13,712 bases of DNA, from positions 1 to 13,712 of the forward strand of contig CBFDTJ010000039.1 in the NCBI GenBank assembly GCA_965612865.1, written 5' to 3'. The first letter of the stretch is position 1. Each line of letters begins with the position of its first letter. Shown in pieces: positions 8,338 to 13,712 of the stretch. The translations under genes were made by a program, and so were the position numbers. The notes under the pieces are model-generated. The model was given only the letters and a program-made list of their open reading frames with translations, searched no databases and was not told the origin of the DNA. This DNA comes from an uncultured bacterium. Lineage in GTDB: Bacteria > Caldisericota > Caldisericia > B22-G15.

Positions 8338-9416
8338 AATACAATCTTCAAGACCTTTTAAATGTATGCAAGAAAAAAGACGCTTCTGACTTACACCTTA
8401 CAGCGGGTCTACCACCTGTCTTTAGAATCAAAAAAAGACTTGTCCCTTTAAAATCAGACCCCCTTACATCTGAAGAGGTAGAGGAACTTGTCTACCCGAT
8501 AATGAACGATGAACAAAAGGAGAAATTCAGGGAAGACTGGGAAATAGATTTCTCTTTCGGTATATCCGGGGTTGGAAGATTCAGGGTAAATGTTTTCAAG
8601 CAGAGACAAACTGTTGCTGCTGCTTTTAGAGTTATACCCTGGGAAATCCCGACCTTTGAACAGCTTGGACTTCCAAAAGCTATAAACAAAGTTGTGGATT
8701 TAGAGAAAGGTTTTGTTCTTGTAACAGGTGCTACTGGAAGCGGAAAGTCCACAACTCTTGCATCTGTTATAGACAAAATAAACTCAACGAGAAGTGTTCA
8801 TATAATCACCATTGAAGATCCCATAGAGTATCTACATAAACACAAAAAGAGTATAGTGGTGCAAAGAGAACTCGGATCTGATACGAGGAGTTTTCCAAAG
8901 GCACTTAGAAGTGTTTTAAGAGAAGATCCAGATGTTATACTTGTGGGTGAGATGAGGGACCTTGAGACAATATCTGCTGCTATAACTGCAGCAGAAACAG
9001 GCCATCTTGTTTTTGCAACACTTCATACCAATTCTGCAGCTCAAAGTATTGATAGAATTGTGGATGTTTTTCCTCCATATCAGCAACAACAGGTAAGGAT
9101 TCAGCTCTCCAATGTCTTATCAGCAATATTCACCCAGCAGCTAATTGAGAGAAAGGATGGGGGTGGACTTGTTCTCGCAGCAGAGGTTTTAATAGTCACT
9201 CCTGCTGTAAGAAATCTCATAAGAGAAAATAAATCCTATCAGATAAACACCATCATTCAAACATCCAAAGATTTAGGAATGCAAACCATGAATCAGGCTC
9301 TAAAAGAACTGTACGAACATAATCTCATCAGTTTTGAATCTGCAATAAGATACTCCTATGATTCATCAGAATTACTGAAAATGTTAGGCAGGGAGGGTGT
9401 AAGTGGCGGTATTTAA
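8334..9416 (+). CDS. pilT: Type IV pilus retraction ATPase PilT
   Basis: ASDLHL, GRFRVNVF, GATGSGKSTT, TIEDPIEY, LREDPDVILVGEMRD, AETGHLVFATLHTNSA and the PilT signature AVRNLIRE, GMQTM. Confidence 0.96.
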   Translation: MKYNLQDLLNVCKKKDASDLHLTAGLPPVFRIKKRLVPLKSDPLTSEEVEELVYPIMNDEQKEKFREDWEIDFSFGISGVGRFRVNVFKQRQTVAAAFRVIPWEIPTFEQLGLPKAINKVVDLEKGFVLVTGATGSGKSTTLASVIDKINSTRSVHIITIEDPIEYLHKHKKSIVVQRELGSDTRSFPKALRSVLREDPDVILVGEMRDLETISAAITAAETGHLVFATLHTNSAAQSIDRIVDVFPPYQQQQVRIQLSNVLSAIFTQQLIERKDGGGLVLAAEVLIVTPAVRNLIRENKSYQINTIIQTSKDLGMQTMNQALKELYEHNLISFESAIRYSYDSSELLKMLGREGVSGGI

Positions 9417-10623
9417 GTACAAAGGAAGAAATATGTATGGAAAATTCGTTCAGGGAAAAATGGAGGCTGAATCCCCTGAAGCCCTTGAAGCTACTTTAAG
9501 GAGAAAAGGAATCTCCCAAATAACCATTGAAAAGGTTGAGGGAGTTTCTGGCATAGAGGGAATTCTTTACAAATTTTTTGGTAAAAGAGGGGTCAGTTTA
9601 AGATCACTTTTATTCTTCACGAGACAGTTTACCACAATGCTCAAGGCAGGACTTCCATTAACAAGAATTCTTGATATCTTATCCTTCCAGTCACCGGGAA
9701 GAAAACTCAGAGAAATAGCAAAGAGGATAAAGAGAGATGTGGAAAGTGGGATACCTCTATCCACATCTATGATGAATTTCCCTACAATCTTTTCCAGTCT
9801 GTATGTGAGTATGATAAAAGCTGGAGAAGTAGGTGGAAATCTGGATAGATCTTTCGAAAGGGTTACAGAGTTTCTTGAGAATGACTACAGGTTAAGGCAG
9901 AAAATAAAGAGTGCTATGAGTTATCCCCTTTTTGTATTAATCATTGCATTTTCCCTGGGCTTCTTTATGCTAACAGTATTCGTTCCAAGATTTGCCGGTT
10001 TCTTTGCAGATTTAAATGTTCCATTGCCTGCAATGACTCAGTTCACATTAACTTTGTCCCTCATACTTAAGAAAAACTGGTGGGTTATAATTCTTATAGT
10101 GATAGGTTTAATTATGGCTTTTAACATATTCAAAACAACTCCTTACGGTAGAGAGAGAAGTGATGCCTTTAAATTAAAGATGCCAGTTCTTGGAAAATTG
10201 AATCACCTAACAGCAATGGCAAGGTTCAGTGCTACACTTTCCTCTCTTCTTGCAGCAGGAGTTCCACTTCTTCATGCTCTTGATACAGTAGGAGGAGTGC
10301 TTGACAATGTAATAATCCAGAGAGAGATACAGAAAATAGAGGAAAGGGTAAGAAGGGGAGAAACTCTATCAAAACCGATGGAGGAATCTGGGCTCTTTAC
10401 ACCAATGGTAGTTCAGATGACTGCCATAGGAGAAGAAACTGGAGAACTTGAAGAGATGCTCATGAAGGTTGCCCAGTTTTATGAGGAGGAAGTCAATAGA
10501 GCAGTAGAGCAACTTACCTCACTGATCGAGCCAATGCTAATTCTATTTGTAGGTGGAATTATAGGATTTATAATTATTTCATTGTATCTTCCTATATTCT
10601 ATATGGTGGGACAGATTAAATAA
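9403..10623 (+). CDS. pilC: Type IV pilus inner-membrane platform protein PilC (GspF family)
   Basis: FTRQFTTMLKAGLP, AGEVGGNLD, KIKSAMSYP, ARFSATLSSLLAAGVP, IGEETGELEEML, LIEP...LYLPIF; GTG start with SD GGGAGGG. Confidence 0.95.
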   Translation: MAVFKYKGRNMYGKFVQGKMEAESPEALEATLRRKGISQITIEKVEGVSGIEGILYKFFGKRGVSLRSLLFFTRQFTTMLKAGLPLTRILDILSFQSPGRKLREIAKRIKRDVESGIPLSTSMMNFPTIFSSLYVSMIKAGEVGGNLDRSFERVTEFLENDYRLRQKIKSAMSYPLFVLIIAFSLGFFMLTVFVPRFAGFFADLNVPLPAMTQFTLTLSLILKKNWWVIILIVIGLIMAFNIFKTTPYGRERSDAFKLKMPVLGKLNHLTAMARFSATLSSLLAAGVPLLHALDTVGGVLDNVIIQREIQKIEERVRRGETLSKPMEESGLFTPMVVQMTAIGEETGELEEMLMKVAQFYEEEVNRAVEQLTSLIEPMLILFVGGIIGFIIISLYLPIFYMVGQIK

Positions 10624-10624
10624 A

Positions 10625-11041
10625 ATGTTAACAAGAAGTGGCTTTAGTTTAATTGAAATTATGGTAGTTGTTGCAATAATACTAATCCTTACCACCATTG
10701 CAATACTTATATATACCTCTCCTAACATCAAAACTCTTGCAAAAAAGGCGAGAGTAAAAGAAGAGCTCCATATGATTCAGATAGCACTGGAGGCATACCA
10801 TACAGATTTAAAAAGATATCCCCCGGAAAGCAACTGGATGAATGAGCTTCTTGGAAAAGGTGTATTAATCTATAACACAGAGGGGGTAAACTACATAAGC
10901 AAAATACCAAAAGATCCTTTCTCTCCAGATGATTACTACAACTATTCTCTCTCCAATGGTATATACTACATTTGGTCAGTTGGACCAGATGGAGAAAATG
11001 ATAACCACACCGATGATGACATAGCTAAATCAAACAGATAG
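10625..11041 (+). CDS. Prepilin with class III signal peptide and GspG/T2SS-G-like C-terminal domain
   Basis: MLTRSG|FSLIEIMVVVAII cleavage/methylation motif with E5; ALEAYHTDLKRYP; KDPF..YYNY...IWSVGPDG...DDDI resembles the GspG C-terminus. Confidence 0.88.
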   Translation: MLTRSGFSLIEIMVVVAIILILTTIAILIYTSPNIKTLAKKARVKEELHMIQIALEAYHTDLKRYPPESNWMNELLGKGVLIYNTEGVNYISKIPKDPFSPDDYYNYSLSNGIYYIWSVGPDGENDNHTDDDIAKSNR

Positions 11042-11875
11042 TTAACCTCTTACCTCTGTTTCTATTCTGTGAAGTGTCTCTGCATCTGTATCAATAATCA
11101 CATATCCCTGACTCATTAATACAAGAAGGTAATAAAGGAGAGTCTTTCTATCCATCCTGAGAGCTTTTATGAGTTTTCCTATATTTTTTCTACCATCCAC
11201 GGCAGTATAAACTCTATTTGCCTCTGGATCAGGTGTTGGATAAAGGGGTGGACCAAAAGTTATTGAAGTGTTAAGTGTCTCTCCCTTCTTCTCTGTTTTT
11301 CTTGGAATAATCTCCTCTATGTTTATCTCTTTACGCGTTATAAGGCCACCAGCAAACAAAGAAAGGATGGCACTTAAAGTATCTCCTTCTGAGAAGGAGC
11401 TTTCTTTTACTACCTCCTTTATAGATTTTCCTCCCCTGAACATATTCAATATATACCATTCATTTTTTCCCAGTGAAATCTTAGCTGATGAAGGTCTTGG
11501 ATTTATCTCAAACACTGTATCGAAGGGTGGAAGTCTCTTTATAACATCTTCCAGAAGTTTAACCTTTTTTGCTGCTTCGAACAGAAGTTCCTCTGTATCT
11601 TTATTTATAAGATTTTTTACTCCTTCATTATCCTGTTTTACAAAAGAAAAATTACCTGTTTTTGCTGTCAGTAGATAAAAGACCGCATCCTCCCCTTCTC
11701 TCTCCCCGCCCTTTGCATTAATAATCCTGCCTTCTTTAAAGAATATGTCTCCTTTAATCTCTTCTCCTCTCACATCGACTCCTGTAATACTAAGCACACC
11801 TGTCCTTTTAGAGAGGCTTAAAAATTTAATAATATCTTCTACTGGAAAGTCCCTCAAGCTTCCAGATAATTCCAT
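11042..11875 (-). CDS. DUF4388 (PatA-N-like) domain protein with two C-terminal winged-helix-like segments
   Basis: N-terminus MELSGSLRDFPVEDIIKFLSLSKRTGVLSI...GDIFFKEGRIINA...GEDAVFYLL...GNFSF is the typical DUF4388 pattern; SD GAGGAGG at about 11881-11887 (minus). Confidence 0.85.
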   Translation of the reverse strand: MELSGSLRDFPVEDIIKFLSLSKRTGVLSITGVDVRGEEIKGDIFFKEGRIINAKGGEREGEDAVFYLLTAKTGNFSFVKQDNEGVKNLINKDTEELLFEAAKKVKLLEDVIKRLPPFDTVFEINPRPSSAKISLGKNEWYILNMFRGGKSIKEVVKESSFSEGDTLSAILSLFAGGLITRKEINIEEIIPRKTEKKGETLNTSITFGPPLYPTPDPEANRVYTAVDGRKNIGKLIKALRMDRKTLLYYLLVLMSQGYVIIDTDAETLHRIETEVRG

Positions 11876-11910
11876 TTCTACCTCCTCGTGTTACTCTTCA
11901 ATTTTTATTA

Positions 11911-11940
11911 TATTATAGTATAATAGAGCATGTGCGACAA
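11911..11940. promoter_or_regulatory. Putative bidirectional promoter between the DUF4388 gene and rpmB
   Basis: Inverted repeat TATTATA-G-TATAATA (11911-11925) gives TATAAT on both strands (+ 11919-11924; - 11912-11917). A minus-strand -35-like TTGTCG at 11935-11940 sits at a 17-nt spacer. Confidence 0.55.
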
Positions 11941-11961
11941 CTAAGATAAGGAGGATAAAGA

Positions 11962-12156
11962 ATGGCAAGAAGATGCGATATCTGTGGAAAAGGACCTATG
12001 ACAGGTAACAATGTTTCTCATTCTCACAGAAAAACAAGGAGAAGATGGAAACCAAATCTTCATAAGGTAAAAAGGGTGGTTAATGGTAAAAAGGTTACAC
12101 TCCATGTCTGCACAAAGTGCCTTAAGAAGATTGATGAACTCCTCCCTGTTTCTTAA
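11962..12156 (+). CDS. rpmB: 50S ribosomal protein L28 (Zn-ribbon, CxxC...CxxC form)
   Basis: [33 protein letters not shown]...VCTKCLK; SD AAGGAGG. Confidence 0.98.
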   Translation: MARRCDICGKGPMTGNNVSHSHRKTRRRWKPNLHKVKRVVNGKKVTLHVCTKCLKKIDELLPVS

Positions 12157-12772
12157 TTACGAGAATCACCCCATCCTCAAACTCCACCCAACCTTTATTT
12201 TCGATTAATTCATTACTTAAGGTTCGGGTACTTCCTTTAACAATATCCTCTCCATGGAGAGGATATTTGAAGCCCCGAATCTTTACTTTTTTTACCACAT
12301 CTGTAAAAGGATAAAGAGAAACCTTATCTCCTCTATTTCCCTGGACTACACCTGACCTATTTAGAAGGAACAGGGAAAAAGGAGGATGGAAAATTTTTCC
12401 CTTTTTCCCCGCTTCTTCTATCTTTAAAAGCAAAGATATATTAAACAGCGTATGATCTACATCTCCACCAAGAGCTCCCCATATCTCAAATTCGCTGAAA
12501 CCATTGTTTATGCCCCAATCTACGGCAAGCTCTGCATCACTCTTGTCCTTCTCCACAGGAAACTGGATTTTATTCTCCACTTCTAAATCCCCAACTGAAT
12601 CAAAATCCCCTATTAAAAGATCAGGCTTTATCCCAAGTTTTTTGGCATTTAAAAAACCTCCATCACATGCTATAACAAAGAACTTCTCTTTTTTAAAAGC
12701 ATTTTTGTAGGATTCAAGATTATCGCTGAGCTTTCCATTTAGAATTATTAAAAGTTTTTTTATGTTACCCAC
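12122..12772 (-). CDS. thiN: Thiamine pyrophosphokinase
   Basis: [45 protein letters not shown]; lies downstream of thiT under a TPP riboswitch. Confidence 0.94.
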   Translation of the reverse strand: MGNIKKLLIILNGKLSDNLESYKNAFKKEKFFVIACDGGFLNAKKLGIKPDLLIGDFDSVGDLEVENKIQFPVEKDKSDAELAVDWGINNGFSEFEIWGALGGDVDHTLFNISLLLKIEEAGKKGKIFHPPFSLFLLNRSGVVQGNRGDKVSLYPFTDVVKKVKIRGFKYPLHGEDIVKGSTRTLSNELIENKGWVEFEDGVILVIKKQGGVHQSS

Positions 12773-13305
12773 AATCCTTTGTATCTCCTTAGTAAGAATA
12801 TTACCAGAATAGCAACAATTGTTCCAGGAATCATGTGTGAAGCAATGTAGGAAATTACATACCAGTGAACATTCATGCCCTCCGGTGCGTAGGCAGCAAA
12901 GAAAACTATCCCTGAAATATAGTGGAAGAAGAATCTACCCAGAGAGCCAACTATTATACCCAGCCACCACAGTTTCTTTCTGAATACATAAAATCCTGCA
13001 AAACCAAGAGCAAGATGAGCAATCGGATAATCCAAGAGGAGCTGGACTGGATGGATAACAAAGTAATCTGTAATCAAAAGGAGAAAGCCTACTATCGTTC
13101 CGGTGATTATACCGCTTTTAACCCCGCGTTTTAAAGCAATGTAAAAAACTGGAATCATGTCAAGACCTATGTTTCCGCCCTGAGGCATTTGAAAGAAAAG
13201 TTTACTGATGTAACTTAAAACTAATCCCAGTGCTGCTGCCATGGAAATGTCTGCTATTTCCTTCACAGACATGCCCTGGTGTGAAGCATCAGAAAAGTTT
13301 TTCAT
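12760..13305 (-). CDS. thiT: Energy-coupling-factor thiamine transporter S component ThiT (YuaJ family)
   Basis: Hydrophobic 181 aa; MPQGGNI, IHPVQLLLDYP, RFFFHYISGIVFFAAYAPEGM; immediately downstream of a TPP riboswitch. Confidence 0.93.
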   Translation of the reverse strand: MKNFSDASHQGMSVKEIADISMAAALGLVLSYISKLFFQMPQGGNIGLDMIPVFYIALKRGVKSGIITGTIVGFLLLITDYFVIHPVQLLLDYPIAHLALGFAGFYVFRKKLWWLGIIVGSLGRFFFHYISGIVFFAAYAPEGMNVHWYVISYIASHMIPGTIVAILVIFLLRRYKGLWVT

Positions 13306-13310
13306 TGCTT

Positions 13311-13352
13311 CGCCTCCCTTTTTAAAATTTAGCCAAGGGAAGCGGGGAAAGG
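13311..13352 (-). promoter_or_regulatory. Riboswitch expression platform: anti-SD/SD sequestering hairpin
   Basis: CGCUUCCCUU (13335-13344) pairs over 10 bp (one G-U) with AAGGGAGGCG (13311-13320), which contains the thiT SD. Confidence 0.8.
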
Positions 13353-13355
13353 TAT

Positions 13356-13450
13356 ATTGCCTTCCTCCGCTGGCATTACCCAGATCAGGTTCAAAGGGTT
13401 GGGAGATAACTCCCTCTCAGCTTCCCAGAAGGGAAGCACCCCTGGCCAAT
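13356..13450 (-). ncRNA. TPP riboswitch aptamer (THI element)
   Basis: Minus strand reads AUUGGCCAGGGGUGCUUCCC-UUCU-GGGAAGCUGAGAGGGAGUUAUCUCCCAACCCUUUGAACCUGAUCUGGGUAAUGCCAGCGGAGGAAGGCAAU. It contains the conserved GGGGUGC...CUGAGA, ACCC, GAACCUGAUCnGGnUAAUnCCnGCG elements. Confidence 0.97.
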
Positions 13451-13454
13451 TAGA

Positions 13455-13465
13455 ATTATATCACA
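13455..13465 (-). promoter_or_regulatory. Putative extended -10 promoter (TGTGATATAAT) of the TPP riboswitch-thiT-thiN operon
   Basis: TRTGnTATAAT a few nt upstream of the aptamer 5' end; no recognisable -35. Confidence 0.65.
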
Positions 13466-13682
13466 TAAAGAAAATGGCTGGCTTGTCTCACCCAATCCGT
13501 ATAAACTTTCTTCAGCAATCGAAAATTTATTAAAAAATCCTAATTTAAGTGAAAAAATTTCACGAAATGCGCGTAGAAAAGTAGAAAAATATTTTAATTT
13601 GAGGTCCCACTTAAAGGAAATTGAAAAACTATACTGCAGATTTAGTAAATTTAAGACACAGTATGTAGAACATAGCTTTTAA
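13455..13682 (+). pseudogene. C-terminal remnant of a GT-B (GT4/Glycos_transf_1-like) glycosyltransferase
   Basis: The frame reads IISHKENGWLVSPNPYKLSSAIENLLKNPNLSEKISRNARRKVEKYFNLRSHLKEIEKLYCRFSKFKTQYVEHSF*, matching the GT4 tail (ii.dgenG.lv.p....la.ai..ll.np.l...l..narr.ve..f). There is no start codon: the upstream in-frame stop is at 13407-13409 and the upstream DNA is the riboswitch. Confidence 0.75.
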
Positions 13683-13712
13683 TTTACCAATATCCACTAC
13701 AATATCTATAAG
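13629..13712 (-). CDS. Possible 3' end of a minus-strand gene entering from the right edge
   Basis: Frame open from the edge: ...LIDIVVDIGKLKAMFYILCLKFTKSAV*. Only 27 codons are visible, so it cannot be confirmed. Confidence 0.25.
   Translation of the reverse strand, partial: LIDIVVDIGKLKAMFYILCLKFTKSAV

Noticed and set aside
3982..10910. Short minus-strand ORFs opposite ruvX, mltG, udk, yqeG, pilB, pilT, pilC and the pilin
   Set aside because: Antisense shadows of purine-rich coding strands with no family motifs
11268..11678. 136-aa plus-strand ORF
   Set aside because: Antisense shadow of the DUF4388 gene; Ser/Phe-rich with no SD
1..13450. Functional link between the TPP-dependent transketolase and the thiamine operon at the other end of the window
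   Set aside because: They lie about 11 kb apart in separate transcription units with unrelated genes between them, so the proximity is likely coincidental
12504..13453. Plus-strand ORFs 12504-12710, 12922-13134 and 13241-13453
   Set aside because: Antisense to thiN, thiT and the TPP riboswitch, which already explain the sequence
1..13712. CRISPR arrays, tRNA/rRNA genes, IS elements, integrases, defence systems, intrinsic terminators
   Set aside because: No periodic repeats, cloverleafs, terminal inverted repeats, matching protein motifs or convincing hairpin plus U-tract were seen by eye, and nearly all bases are accounted for by the genes listed

Overview
A compact, AT-rich bacterial chromosomal window that is mostly housekeeping. 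From left to right it holds a divergent transketolase-family gene (minus strand, running off the left edge, absent from the ORF track); a tightly overlapped plus-strand run alaS-ruvX(yqgF)-mltG-udk-DUF4911-like-yqeG; a type IV pilus motor cluster pilB-pilT-pilC plus a GspG-like prepilin; a convergent stand-alone DUF4388 (PatA-N-like) gene; rpmB (L28); and a TPP-riboswitch-controlled thiT-thiN thiamine salvage operon. At the right edge is a start-less glycosyltransferase C-terminal remnant. I found no CRISPR array, tRNA, rRNA or IS element. The most notable observations are: (i) a probable leaderless promoter for the pilus operon embedded in the yqeG stop codon; (ii) a hybrid PilT + GspG-like pilin module, in which the pilin lacks G14/P22 and PilB has a degenerate MshEN motif, next to a receiver-less DUF4388 protein that could regulate the motor; (iii) a fully readable SD-sequestering riboswitch platform; (iv) a breakpoint where the glycosyltransferase remnant overlaps the riboswitch promoter. 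All family assignments come from motif recognition by eye, not from database searches.
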